DNA from: Klebsiella pneumoniae
GTDB lineage: Bacteria; Myxococcota_A; UBA796; SXON01
NCBI GenBank assembly: GCA_945862325.1
Contig: CAMAXZ010000019.1
Location: 6,205-70,204 of the forward strand
DNA: 64,000 nt
Direction: 5' to 3'
Positions 38,183 through 47,571 of the stretch are shown piece by piece. How positions within the stretch are numbered: the first letter of the stretch is position 1; the number at the start of each line of letters is the position of its first letter. A program made the position numbers and the translations under genes. The notes under the pieces were generated by a model. It was not told the origin of the DNA, did not search any database, and saw only the letters and a program-made list of their open reading frames with translations.

Positions 38183-38866
38183 ATGGAAACCCACACCGTC
38201 ACCGCCACCGCGCGCCCGGAGTCCGGCAAGGGCTCGGCGCGCAAGGCGCGCGCGGCCGGCAAGACCCCCGGCATTCTTTATGTCTCGGGCGGCGAAGGCA
38301 CGCCGATCTCGTTCGAGCTCGGTCAGCTCGCGGCCATCTTCCGCAAGACGAACGACCCGAACACGGTCGTCACCGTCGTGCTCGGCGACACGACGCAGCG
38401 CGCGCTCGTCCGCGAGATCCAGCGCAACCCGGTCACCCGTGAGGTCGAGCACGTCGACTTCTTCGGCATCGACGACGGCACGCGCGTGCTGCTCGAGGTG
38501 GCGCTCGTCCCGGTCGGACGCGCCGCGGGTACCCGCGCCGGCGGCACCTTCCGGATGCTCACGCGTCGGGCCAAGATCGAGTGCGCCGCCGAGGCCATCC
38601 CGAAGTCGATCGAGTTCGACATCAGCGAGCTCGGCGTTCAGGAGTTCTTCAAGGCCAGCATGCTGAAGGTGCCGGACGGCGCGCGCGTGGTGTACCGGCA
38701 GGACTTCAACGTCGCGACGGTCGAAGGCAAGCGCGTGTCGAAGGAGCAGGCCGCTGCCGACGCCGCCGCCGCCGAAGCGGCCGCGAAGGGCGCTCCCAAG
38801 GCCAAGGCCAAGCCCGCGGCGAAGGCCGCCGCCAAGGCCGCCCCCGCGAAGGCCCCCGGCAAGTAG
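38183..38866 (+). CDS. rplY: 50S ribosomal protein L25/Ctc
   Basis: GKGSARKARAAGKTPGILY, REIQRNPV..HVDF, C-terminal Ctc domain; AGGAG RBS. Confidence 0.93.
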   Translation: METHTVTATARPESGKGSARKARAAGKTPGILYVSGGEGTPISFELGQLAAIFRKTNDPNTVVTVVLGDTTQRALVREIQRNPVTREVEHVDFFGIDDGTRVLLEVALVPVGRAAGTRAGGTFRMLTRRAKIECAAEAIPKSIEFDISELGVQEFFKASMLKVPDGARVVYRQDFNVATVEGKRVSKEQAAADAAAAEAAAKGAPKAKAKPAAKAAAKAAPAKAPGK

Positions 38867-39436
38867 TTGAACCTCGTCGTCGGCCTCGGAAACCCTGGCG
38901 CGCGCTACGCGAAGACCCGACACAACGTCGGGTTCCTCGTCGTCGATCGCATCGCGCGCCGCGCGGGCACCACCGTGGAGCGCAAGCTCTTCGGCGCCCT
39001 CGTCGGGGATGCCCAGGTCGGTGGCAAGCGCGCCGTGCTCGCCATGCCGCAGCAGTACATGAACGTCTCCGGCCAGCCGACGGTGTCCATCCAGGGCTTC
39101 TACAAGGTGCCCCTGGCGGACGTCGTCGTCGTCCACGACGACATGGATCTCCCGTTCGGCCGCCTTCGGGTGCGCGTGGGCGGGGGGCACGGCGGACACA
39201 ACGGAGTCAAGGACATCGCGCGCGCCTGTGGCGCCGAGTTCGTCCGTGTCCGTGTCGGCGTCGGGCGACCCCCGCCTCCGATGGATCCGGCCGATTACGT
39301 CCTCGCCGCGTGGACCCCCGCAGAGAGCGCCGGTCTGGAGACCGTCGTCGACACGGCGGCCGACGCGGTCGAGAGCGTCGTTCGAGACGGCCTCGTCAAG
39401 TCGATGAACACCTTCAACGCGGCCCCGACCGCATGA
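38867..39436 (+). CDS. pth: Peptidyl-tRNA hydrolase
   Basis: VVGLGNPG..Y..TRHNVGF, YMNVSG, HDDMDL, GGHNG. Confidence 0.96.
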   Translation: MNLVVGLGNPGARYAKTRHNVGFLVVDRIARRAGTTVERKLFGALVGDAQVGGKRAVLAMPQQYMNVSGQPTVSIQGFYKVPLADVVVVHDDMDLPFGRLRVRVGGGHGGHNGVKDIARACGAEFVRVRVGVGRPPPPMDPADYVLAAWTPAESAGLETVVDTAADAVESVVRDGLVKSMNTFNAAPTA

Positions 39437-39491
39437 CCCTCCGCGGGGCCCGCCTCGCGTGCCCCCGTTCCACGACCGAGTGGAGGAACCG
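39437..39491 (+). promoter_or_regulatory. S6:S18-type ribosomal leader candidate
   Basis: CCTCC 39438-39442 is complementary to SD GGAGG 39482-39486 and encloses hairpin GCGGGG/CCTCGC followed by a C-rich unpaired stretch. Confidence 0.5.
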
Positions 39492-39947
39492 ATGCCCACG
39501 ATGCTGAACGAGTACGAGACGATCTACGTCGCCCGCCCCGACCTGACGGACGACGTGATGACGCGCATGACCACCCGCTTCTCCGCTGTCGTCACCGACA
39601 ACACCGGGGTCATGTTGGTGGAGGAGGATTGGGGCAAGCGCAAGCTCGCCTACCCGATCGCCAAGCACATCCGCGGTCACTACATCTACCTGAACTACGT
39701 CGGCCCCGCGACGTTGGTCGCCGAGATCGAGCGCAACCTCGGCAACGAGGATCAGCTCCTCCGCTTCCTCACGGTGAAGATCGAGGACGACGTCGAAGTC
39801 GACGCCCGCCGCGCCCTCGCCGAAGAGCGTCGTCGCCTGCGCGCCGAGCGCATGGCCGCGCTCAAGGCCGAGGAAGAAGCGGAGGCCCGGTATCGCGCCG
39901 AGGCCGAAGAGGCTGAAGACGACGCCCCGCCCGAGCAGGACGAATAG
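39492..39947 (+). CDS. rpsF: 30S ribosomal protein S6
   Basis: YETIYVARPDL, WGKRKLAYPI, GHY, LLRFL. Confidence 0.95.
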   Translation: MPTMLNEYETIYVARPDLTDDVMTRMTTRFSAVVTDNTGVMLVEEDWGKRKLAYPIAKHIRGHYIYLNYVGPATLVAEIERNLGNEDQLLRFLTVKIEDDVEVDARRALAEERRRLRAERMAALKAEEEAEARYRAEAEEAEDDAPPEQDE

Positions 39948-39976
39948 CAACCCCTTCCGCTTCTTCGGAGTCCCCC

Positions 39977-40420
39977 ATGAAGGTCATCCTCCAAGAGGAC
40001 GTGCACAACCTCGGCGCCATCGGCGACGTGGTGGACGTGGCCGACGGCTACGGGCGCAACTTCCTCCTCCCCCGCAAGCTGGCGGTCATCGCCGACGCGA
40101 CCAACCAGCACCGCCTCGAGCACGTCAAGCGCGTGGCCGCGGCGCGTCAGGCCAAGGTCGTCGCGGAAGCGCGGGAGCTCGGTACGCGCCTCGGCGCGAC
40201 CGCGATCTCGATCAAGCGTCAGGCGGCCTCCGAAGACAAGATCTTCGGCTCGGTCACCAACGCGGACATCGCCGAGGCGCTCCTCGCCCAGGGCATCGAG
40301 GTCGACAAGCGCACGATCCTCCTCGAGGAGCCGATCAAGAACATCGGCGTCTTCCAGGTGCCCGTGCGCATCCACAAGGACGTCGACGCTTCGGTCAAGG
40401 TCTACGTCATCCGCGGCTAG
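39977..40420 (+). CDS. rplI: 50S ribosomal protein L9
   Basis: MKVIL..V.NLG..GDVVDVADGYGRNFLLP, IFGSVT, PIKNIG. Confidence 0.97.
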   Translation: MKVILQEDVHNLGAIGDVVDVADGYGRNFLLPRKLAVIADATNQHRLEHVKRVAAARQAKVVAEARELGTRLGATAISIKRQAASEDKIFGSVTNADIAEALLAQGIEVDKRTILLEEPIKNIGVFQVPVRIHKDVDASVKVYVIRG

Positions 40421-40435
40421 CGCGCAGGAGCGGGC

Positions 40436-41788
40436 ATGGCGGAGCGGCGCGGCGCGTCCCAGAGCTGGGAGATCGAGCGGAGCCTCCTCGGAGGGCTCCT
40501 GCTCGACCCGGCGCGACTGACCGACGCCCGCGAGCGGCTGAACGCCGACTGCTTCCAGAAGGCCGCGCATGCGGCCCTCTTCGAGCTCATGTGCGTGCTC
40601 GCCGACCGCAACCAGCCGCCGGAGCTCTCGCTCGTCCTCGATGAGCTCGGGCGGCGAGACGACGCGGGCGCCTTCGGCGGGATCGCCTACGTCGCGGACC
40701 TGCCCGGGGCGTGCCCGTCCGTCGTGATGATCCCGCAGTTCGTGGACCGTGTCCACGACCACTCCCAGCGGCGCCGCCTCACGATGGCCGCGGAAGGGAT
40801 CCTCGCTCGGGTGAAGGAGGGGGTGGCCTCCACGCCGGTGCTGCTCGACGAAGCCGAGCGGGCCGTGCTCGAGATCTCCAAGCTCTCGGGGCCCACGGAT
40901 TGGCATCCGCTGGCCACCGTCGTCGACGAGCACATCCGCGAGATCGAAGAGCGCGCCAAGAACCCCGGGCACGTGGTCGGCGTGCCGACCGGGTTCATCG
41001 ACCTCGACAAGAAGCTCGCCGGCATGCACAGCGGGCAGCTGATCGTCCTCGCCGCCCGCCCCGCGATGGGCAAGACCGCGCTGGCGCTCAACTTCGCGCT
41101 CAACGCAGCGACGCGGGGCGGCGCCGCCGTCGGCATCTTCTCGCTGGAGATGTCGCGCCACGAGCTGGTCAGCCGCATGCTGTGCAGCGAAGCGCTCGTC
41201 GACGCCGGGCACGTGCGCACCGGGCAGCTCGACGACGGCGAATGGCGTCGGTTGATCGCCGCTTCCGAGCGCCTCAGGGACGTCGCCCTGGAGATCGACG
41301 ATCAGTCCGGCCTGACGATCATGCAGCTCCGAAGCAAGGCGCGGCGCCTGAAGATCGCCCACCCCGACCTGAAGCTCATCGTCGTCGACTACCTCCAGCT
41401 CATGGAGGGCTCGGGCAACGCCAAAGAGTCCCGAGAGAACGTGATCTCCACGATCTCCCGTGGCTTGAAGGTGCTGGCGAAGGAGCTCGGCATCACGGTG
41501 CTCGCGCTCAGCCAGCTCAACCGCAGCCTCGAGACCCGGCCCAACAAGCGGCCGATGCCCAGCGATCTGCGCGAGTCCGGCGCCATCGAGCAGGACGCCG
41601 ACGTCATCCTCTTCATCTACCGCGAAGAGATCTACAAGCCGGACACGCCGGACAAGGGCATCGCCGAGGTCATCATCGCCAAGCAACGCGGGGGTGAGAC
41701 GGGCACCGTCAAGCTGGCGTTCCGCGGCGAGTACACGCTGTTCCAATCGCTGGCTCAGGATCGTGATGTTCCCGGTGGCTACGCGTGA
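40436..41788 (+). CDS. dnaB: Replicative DNA helicase
   Basis: AARPAMGKT, FSLEM, VDYLQL, LSQLNR, DLRESGAIEQDAD, KQRGG. Confidence 0.97.
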   Translation: MAERRGASQSWEIERSLLGGLLLDPARLTDARERLNADCFQKAAHAALFELMCVLADRNQPPELSLVLDELGRRDDAGAFGGIAYVADLPGACPSVVMIPQFVDRVHDHSQRRRLTMAAEGILARVKEGVASTPVLLDEAERAVLEISKLSGPTDWHPLATVVDEHIREIEERAKNPGHVVGVPTGFIDLDKKLAGMHSGQLIVLAARPAMGKTALALNFALNAATRGGAAVGIFSLEMSRHELVSRMLCSEALVDAGHVRTGQLDDGEWRRLIAASERLRDVALEIDDQSGLTIMQLRSKARRLKIAHPDLKLIVVDYLQLMEGSGNAKESRENVISTISRGLKVLAKELGITVLALSQLNRSLETRPNKRPMPSDLRESGAIEQDADVILFIYREEIYKPDTPDKGIAEVIIAKQRGGETGTVKLAFRGEYTLFQSLAQDRDVPGGYA

Positions 41789-41815
41789 CAGACGGGGTGC
41801 CGCGCGCCTGGGCGG

Positions 41816-41844
41816 TTGACTCGCGCGCCGCGGTCTACTATCAA
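41816..41844 (+). promoter_or_regulatory. Putative sigma70-type promoter
   Basis: TTGACT-17 nt-TATCAA upstream of the FHA gene. Confidence 0.45.
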
Positions 41845-41897
41845 CGCGTCTTCATGCAGCGCGTGCCCCGCGCGTGAACCCATTGGAGCGAGCAGGT

Positions 41898-43280
41898 ATG
41901 GAGAAGAAGGAACTCCTGGACGCGCTGGGCGGGCTGATCGCTCGGTACGAACAGCACCGCAACTACATCGAGAAGGCGCGCCGCCAGGCGGCGACGGGCA
42001 AGTTCAACCCGGCCGTCATCGAGAAGGTCATCCTCGACCACGAGATCAAGAGCGCGGACGTCGCCGACGAAGTCGCGCCGTTGCTCCCGGACATTCGGGC
42101 CCGCATCGAAGGGTTCGAGGCCGAAGCGGCCAGCGTCGCCGCTTCGCGGGTGTCCGTCGACGAGCAGGTGCAGGAGCTCGAGCTTCGGGCCGCCATCGGC
42201 GAGCTGACCGACGAAGAGTTCGAACAGGCGGTCGCGGATCTGCGCGCCAGCCAGGTCGGCGCGAACGCGCGAATCGCCGAGATCGACGCCGACCTCGGTG
42301 CGCTCCGCGGCACGCTCGACCGCTGGATCGCGCTCGCCGAGCCGGCGGGCCACTACACGCGCCCGCCCGCCCCCGAGGCGGCGCCGGTCGCCCCGGCCGC
42401 CGAGGCCGTGCCGGTCCAGGTCGACGTCTCGCCCGCGCCCGCGCCGGTCGAGCCCGCGCCGGTCGACTCCGCGCCGGTCGAGTCCGCGCCGGTCGAGTCC
42501 GCGCCTGTCGAGTCGGGGCCGGTCGATGTGGTGCTGGTGGACGCCGCGCCGGTGGCCGTGTCGGAGGTCGAGGTGTCCGTCGACGCCGACGTCTCGGTCG
42601 AGTCCGAGGTGTCGGTCGACCTGTCCGTCGACTCGGACATGTCGGTCGACGCGGACGTGTCCTTCGACGCCGAGATGTCGGTCGACGCACCCGCGTCCGC
42701 GGTCGACGCGGGTGAGGGGATGGACGTCGAGATCGACCTCGGTGACATCGGCGCGTCCGATGGCGCCGGGGCCCACGGTGCTCGCACCGAGATCGTCGAA
42801 GACCTCTCCAACCTGTTCGACGAGCCGGCGCCGGCCGCCGCGCCGTCGATGGACGACGACATCGCGATCGAGACGAACGAGGGCGCCGAAGAGAACGGCG
42901 CCGGTCCGAGCGCGGACGTCGCGTTCGGCTTCAAGAGCCCTTCCGAGCCTTCCGAGGCCGCCGGGGTCGACGGCGAGCCGCCGCGCCGCGCCTACCTGCT
43001 GTACCAGGAAGGCACCGCGGACGAGCAGATGTACCCGTTCAGCGGCGACCAGCTCACGATCGGGCGCGGCCGCGAGAACGACATCCAGATCAAGAACGAC
43101 TCCAAGGTCTCGCGGTACCACTGCAAGATCTTCCGCCGCGGCAACAACTTCTACATCGAAGATCAGAAGTCCTCGAACGGCAGCCTCGTCAACGGCGAGC
43201 TGATCACCGACCGGCGGCTCTTCGGCGGCGAAGAGATCGTCATCGGCGAGACGTTCTTCCGGTTCCGGATCGCGGACTGA
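41898..43280 (+). CDS. Coiled-coil / acidic linker / C-terminal FHA domain protein
   Basis: TIGRG..NDI..VSRYHC..SSNGSLVNG (FHA); N-terminal helical region with ELELRAAIGEL. Confidence 0.88.
   Translation: MEKKELLDALGGLIARYEQHRNYIEKARRQAATGKFNPAVIEKVILDHEIKSADVADEVAPLLPDIRARIEGFEAEAASVAASRVSVDEQVQELELRAAIGELTDEEFEQAVADLRASQVGANARIAEIDADLGALRGTLDRWIALAEPAGHYTRPPAPEAAPVAPAAEAVPVQVDVSPAPAPVEPAPVDSAPVESAPVESAPVESGPVDVVLVDAAPVAVSEVEVSVDADVSVESEVSVDLSVDSDMSVDADVSFDAEMSVDAPASAVDAGEGMDVEIDLGDIGASDGAGAHGARTEIVEDLSNLFDEPAPAAAPSMDDDIAIETNEGAEENGAGPSADVAFGFKSPSEPSEAAGVDGEPPRRAYLLYQEGTADEQMYPFSGDQLTIGRGRENDIQIKNDSKVSRYHCKIFRRGNNFYIEDQKSSNGSLVNGELITDRRLFGGEEIVIGETFFRFRIAD
42441..42530 (+). repeat. 15-bp tandem repeat (APVES-type), 5-6 copies
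   Basis: GCGCCGGTCGAGTCC-like units. Confidence 0.85.
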
Positions 43281-43290
43281 CGCGGCGCGG

Positions 43291-44706
43291 GTGCGAGCGA
43301 TGATCGCGCGCACCCTGCGGCTGGGCGCCCGTGCCGGCGGCCCCGCGGACGACTGGCTCGCGGCGCTGCCGATCCTCGCCGCGGCCCGGGCCGCGGAGCC
43401 CGAGGTGTGGGTCGCCTTCGCGTCGGAGGGCGACGCGGCGCGCGTGGAGGCCGGGGCTGCCGGGGCGCGGGCCCTCGTGTGGCTCTGTGAGGACACGCCG
43501 CCGCCCACCGTGGGGCCCACGGAAGAGGTGCACCTGTGCGCCGACCCGCCGGCGCGCCTGGTCACGCGCGCGGCGCTCGCGTACGCCCGAGCCCAGCAGG
43601 TGGGATCGCCGCTCACCAACCCGTGCGCGCGTCGGACCGCGCGCCTCGAGCGGCGGAACGCGGCGCTGGCGGATGCGCTCGACCGGTTCCTCTCGATGGC
43701 GAACCACGACCTCCGGAGCCCGCTCGCCGTGGTGTCGGGCCACTGCCAGCTCCTCGAAGAGAACCTGCTCGCGCCGGCGCAGCAGCGGCGCGCCGTGGAC
43801 ACGATCCGGCGTCAGACCGACCGCATCGCACAGATGACCGCGGCCGCCCTGGACGCGGCGCGGCGGGCGTTGGAGGCCGACGGTGAGATGGCGCTCGTGA
43901 GCGTGCCCGAGGCGGCGCGCGAGGTCATCGAGGCGCTCGAGTCGGACGCGGCGGCGCGCGCCGTGCGGGTCACCGTGCGCGCGACGGCCGCCTCCCGCGT
44001 GCACGCGCCGCCCGCCGCCTTCCGCGACGCGCTCTACGCGCTGGTCGGCGATGCCGTGCGGGCCGCGCCGTCGGGGACCGAGGTCCTCGTGCGCGCCGAC
44101 GATTCGGACGCGGGGACGGCCGGCGCGCCCGGTCGGGTGGCGGTCGAGGTCCTCGGCGCCGGCGTGGGGCCTCGCGCGCCGAGCGTGGACGCCGCCAAGC
44201 AGGTGCCGGGGCTGCGCACGGTGGCGCGCTTGCTCGAGGCCGCCGGCGTGGCCCTCCGTGCCGAGCCGACCGCGGCGGCCCCGTGGTCGGTGTGGTTCAG
44301 CCTGCCGCGCGCGCGGCCTCTCGCCGCGCCCGAGCGCCTGGACCCGGTGACCGGGGCCTGGCGCCTCGCGGCGGTCGCGCTCGAGCCGGGCCGCCTCGGC
44401 GTCCTGGTCGACCTCCTCGACCCGATCGCGGTCCGACGCCAGTATGGGTGGGTCGGCGCGGAGCAGCTCGCGATCTGGGTCGCGGGGGAGCTGCGGGCGC
44501 GCGCGGACGACGGCGATGTGTTGGTGCGCGTGGCGCAGGACTCGTTCGTGCTGGTGCGGTCCGACCGCGATGACGAACAGGTGCTGTTCGCGACGCAGCT
44601 CCGCGAGTCCCTCTCCCGCGCCCGGCCGCGCGTCGGCCTGTTGCGGGCGGCTCCCAAGTTCGACGTGCGCGTGGTAGACGTCGATCGGGATCTACGTGGG
44701 GCGTAG
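43291..44706 (+). CDS. Histidine-kinase-like protein with degenerate HATPase and degenerate GGDEF domains
   Basis: H-box ANHDLRSPL; N-box LVGDAVRA; G1 GAGVG; RQYGWVGAEQL..VRVAQDSF. Confidence 0.7.
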   Translation: MRAMIARTLRLGARAGGPADDWLAALPILAAARAAEPEVWVAFASEGDAARVEAGAAGARALVWLCEDTPPPTVGPTEEVHLCADPPARLVTRAALAYARAQQVGSPLTNPCARRTARLERRNAALADALDRFLSMANHDLRSPLAVVSGHCQLLEENLLAPAQQRRAVDTIRRQTDRIAQMTAAALDAARRALEADGEMALVSVPEAAREVIEALESDAAARAVRVTVRATAASRVHAPPAAFRDALYALVGDAVRAAPSGTEVLVRADDSDAGTAGAPGRVAVEVLGAGVGPRAPSVDAAKQVPGLRTVARLLEAAGVALRAEPTAAAPWSVWFSLPRARPLAAPERLDPVTGAWRLAAVALEPGRLGVLVDLLDPIAVRRQYGWVGAEQLAIWVAGELRARADDGDVLVRVAQDSFVLVRSDRDDEQVLFATQLRESLSRARPRVGLLRAAPKFDVRVVDVDRDLRGA

Positions 44707-44728
44707 GCGGAGCGAGTCGACGGGGCCG

Positions 44729-45337
44729 ATGTACTTCACGACCTTTCAGGTCGCGAAGGCGCTCGGCGTCAGCCCGCCGACCGTCGTCAACTGGATCAAC
44801 GCCGGGCTCCTCCAGGCGCACCGTACGCCCGGGGGGCACCGTCGTATCCGCCGCGAGGACGTCGTCGTGTTCGCGCGCGAGCACGCCTACCCGTTGGACG
44901 TCGAGCACCTCGGCGGCGCGCCCAACGGCGACGAACCGGCGGCCGAGACCCTCGCACGCCGGGTGCTCGTCGTCGACGACGATGTGGACTTCGCTCGGAT
45001 GGTCCAGGACTACCTGTCGCTCAAGGCGGGGTTCGAGGTCGAGATCGCCGAGAGCGGCTTCGCGGCGGGCTTCGCGGTCGCGCGGTTCCGTCCGAGCGTG
45101 GTGCTGCTCGACATCCAGATGCCGGACCTCGACGGCTTCGAGGTCCTCCGCCGCATGCGGGAGAACCCGGAGACGCGGGAGATCCCCGTCGTGGCCTGCA
45201 CGGCCTACGACAACCCGGACTGGGAGGACCGCGCGCGTCGCGAGGCGTTCATCGCCTTCGTGCGAAAGTCCACGCGCCTCGAGCGCCTCCTCGACATCCT
45301 CGACGCGGCGGTCCACGGGCGCGACATCCCCGCCTGA
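44729..45337 (+). CDS. Response regulator with N-terminal MerR/excisionase-type HTH
   Basis: TTFQVAKALGVSPPTVVNW..RTPGGHRRI; VLVVDDD, LLDIQMPDLDG, CTAY, RK. Confidence 0.9.
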   Translation: MYFTTFQVAKALGVSPPTVVNWINAGLLQAHRTPGGHRRIRREDVVVFAREHAYPLDVEHLGGAPNGDEPAAETLARRVLVVDDDVDFARMVQDYLSLKAGFEVEIAESGFAAGFAVARFRPSVVLLDIQMPDLDGFEVLRRMRENPETREIPVVACTAYDNPDWEDRARREAFIAFVRKSTRLERLLDILDAAVHGRDIPA

Positions 45338-45343
45338 GCGCGC

Positions 45344-46174
45344 TCAGCGCGGGCGGCGGGGCGGCGCGTACGGCGCGCCACGGGCGGGCAGCGGGGCGTC
45401 GGCGAGCGGACGCCCGGTACCGCCGCGGCGGACCTGGATCATCTCGGCCACCACGCTCACGGCGATCTCACCCGGGGTCTCGGCGCCGAGATCCAGCCCG
45501 ACCGGGACGCTGACCTGCGAGAACAAGCGCTCCTCCACCCCACCGGCCTTCAGGCGGAGGAAGAACTTCGCCGCCTTGGACCGGCTCCCGATCAACCCGA
45601 GCCACGCCCACGCGCCGGGCAGGAGAAAAGAGAGCAGGTCTTGATCGAGGCTGTGGGCGTGCGTCGTCAGCAAGAGCCACGTGCGCTCGTCGGCGCCGAG
45701 CGCCCGCGCGTGCGCGAGCGGGGACTCACACCGCACCGTGACGCCCGGAAAGTCCGCGGGATCGGACCACTCGTCGCGGTCGTCCACGACGGTGACGTCG
45801 AAGCCCGCGACCCGCGCGACCTGCGCCGTGGCGCGCCCGACATGCCCGCCGCCGTAGATCACGAGGCGCTCGATCGGGGACAGGGGCTCGATCAGCACGT
45901 CCATGGCGCCTCCGCAACACATCCCGAGGTCCCGGGTGAGGTGGACCGTCAGGCGTCGCGGCGCGCCGGCGGCGATCGCGGCGCGCGCCTCGGCGATGGC
46001 GCGGTGCTCGAGGGCCCCGCCGCCGATGGTGCCGACGATGTGGCCGTCAGGCCACACGACCATTCGCGCGCCTCCCTGGCGCGGGGCCGACCCGTCGACG
46101 CCCACCACCGTCGCGAGGGCGACACGTTCGCCACGCTCGGAGGCGCCCACGATGGCCCGCCAGACCTCGATCAC
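45344..46174 (-). CDS. xdhC: XdhC/CoxI molybdoenzyme accessory protein
   Basis: GSAPRQGGARM, GTIGGG, MCCGG, YGGGHVG, LIGSRSK, PVGLDLGAETPGEIAVS. Confidence 0.92.
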   Translation of the reverse strand: MIEVWRAIVGASERGERVALATVVGVDGSAPRQGGARMVVWPDGHIVGTIGGGALEHRAIAEARAAIAAGAPRRLTVHLTRDLGMCCGGAMDVLIEPLSPIERLVIYGGGHVGRATAQVARVAGFDVTVVDDRDEWSDPADFPGVTVRCESPLAHARALGADERTWLLLTTHAHSLDQDLLSFLLPGAWAWLGLIGSRSKAAKFFLRLKAGGVEERLFSQVSVPVGLDLGAETPGEIAVSVVAEMIQVRRGGTGRPLADAPLPARGAPYAPPRRPR

Positions 46175-47505
46175 GCGAGGCCGGCGCGGCGCGCCACGCG
46201 GTCGAGGCTCTGCTCGGCGAGGCGCACCGTCTCCGACGTGTCCCATGCCAGCACGCGTCCGTCCGACGCGACGAGGCGGCCGGCCACCCAGGTCTGTCGC
46301 ACCGCGCGCGCGTCGAGGGTGTAGACGAGCGCCCCGTACGGATCGCCGCCGCTCCACACCGCCCGCGGATCGAGCACGACGAGGTCGGCGGCGCGCCCGA
46401 CCTCGATCGTGCCGGCGTCGAGCCCGAGCGCCTCGGCGCCCGCGGCGGTGGCCATGCGGAACACGGTGCGCGCCGGCATCGCGGTGGGGTCCAACCGGGG
46501 CTTCTGCAGCAGCGCGGCGAGCCGCATCTCGGCGAACATGTCGAGGCGGTTGTTGCACGGCGCGCCGTCCGCGCCGATCGACACGTGCACGCCGGCGGCC
46601 ATGAGCTCCGGCACCCGGGCCAGGCCGCTGCCGAGCTTCAGGTTCGAGCCGGGGCAGTGCAGCACCCGCGTGCCGTGATCGGCGAGGCAGCGCAGCTCGT
46701 CGTCGGTCAGGTGGATGCAGTGGGCCAGCGCGACGTCCGGCCCGGCGAGGCCGAGCCGCGCGAGGTGGAGGACGTTGTCCGTGCCGGTGATGGCCCGAAC
46801 CAGGGCGACCTCGTCGAGGTTCTCCGAGGCGTGCGTGTGGATGAGCGCGCCGCGACGGCGCGCCTCCGACGCGACCTCCCGGAGGAGGGTGTCCGAGCAC
46901 GACGGGACGAACCGCGGCGCGAAGGCGTACGACGCGAGCCCCTTGCCGTGCCAGCGGTCCGCGAGCGCGCACGCGGCGCGCATGGAGCGCTCGGTCGGCT
47001 CCGACAGGCCCGCTTCGTTGTCGATGTCCATCTGCGCGCTGCCGCACCAGAGGCGCAGGCCGGCCTCCGCGGCCGCCTCGAACACCGCGTCGGTGTGGTG
47101 CACCGTCGCCATGTCGAGGATGGACGTCGTTCCTCCGCAGAGCAGCTCGCTGACGCCGAGCCGGGCGGAGGCGTAGACGCTGTCGATGTCGTGGGCGCGC
47201 TCGAGCGGCCAGATCCGGGTGCGCAGCCAGTCGAGCAAGGCGAGGTCGTCCGCGAGGCCGCGGAACAGGGTCTGCACGAGGTGGACGTGGGTCTGAACGA
47301 AGCCCGGCACGAGCCAGAGCCCGCGCAGGTCCACCGTGTGGTCCGCCTCCGAGGTGCCGCCGGCGCCCACGCTGACCACGCGCCCGTCCGACACGCACAC
47401 CGTCGCGTCGTCGAGGATGTCCCCCGCGGCGTTGTTGAGGAAGACCCGGGCACCTCGCAGCGCGGTGACCTGTCGCGCGCCCTCCGCCGCTTCGTTCCGT
47501 TGCAC
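46171..47505 (-). CDS. Amidohydrolase (MtaD / 5'-deoxyadenosine deaminase-like)
   Basis: PGFVQTHVHL, HTHASEN, AHCIH, HCPGSNLKLGSG, GADGAPCNN; start may be a few codons downstream. Confidence 0.88.
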   Translation of the reverse strand: MQRNEAAEGARQVTALRGARVFLNNAAGDILDDATVCVSDGRVVSVGAGGTSEADHTVDLRGLWLVPGFVQTHVHLVQTLFRGLADDLALLDWLRTRIWPLERAHDIDSVYASARLGVSELLCGGTTSILDMATVHHTDAVFEAAAEAGLRLWCGSAQMDIDNEAGLSEPTERSMRAACALADRWHGKGLASYAFAPRFVPSCSDTLLREVASEARRRGALIHTHASENLDEVALVRAITGTDNVLHLARLGLAGPDVALAHCIHLTDDELRCLADHGTRVLHCPGSNLKLGSGLARVPELMAAGVHVSIGADGAPCNNRLDMFAEMRLAALLQKPRLDPTAMPARTVFRMATAAGAEALGLDAGTIEVGRAADLVVLDPRAVWSGGDPYGALVYTLDARAVRQTWVAGRLVASDGRVLAWDTSETVRLAEQSLDRVARRAGLA

Positions 47506-47534
47506 GATCGTCGCCCCCCTCCGCTCCTATCGCG

Positions 47535-47563
47535 TTGACATGGGCTTGCCGTTCTTCTACGGT
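47535..47563 (+). promoter_or_regulatory. Sigma70-type promoter, probably giving a leaderless transcript
   Basis: TTGACA-17 nt-TACGGT, ATG 8 nt downstream, no SD. Confidence 0.7.
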
Positions 47564-47571
47564 CGCCCCCG

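Noticed and set aside
44729-44900. Excisionase-like HTH as a sign of a prophage or ICE
   Set aside because: It is fused to a receiver domain; no integrase, att site or phage genes nearby
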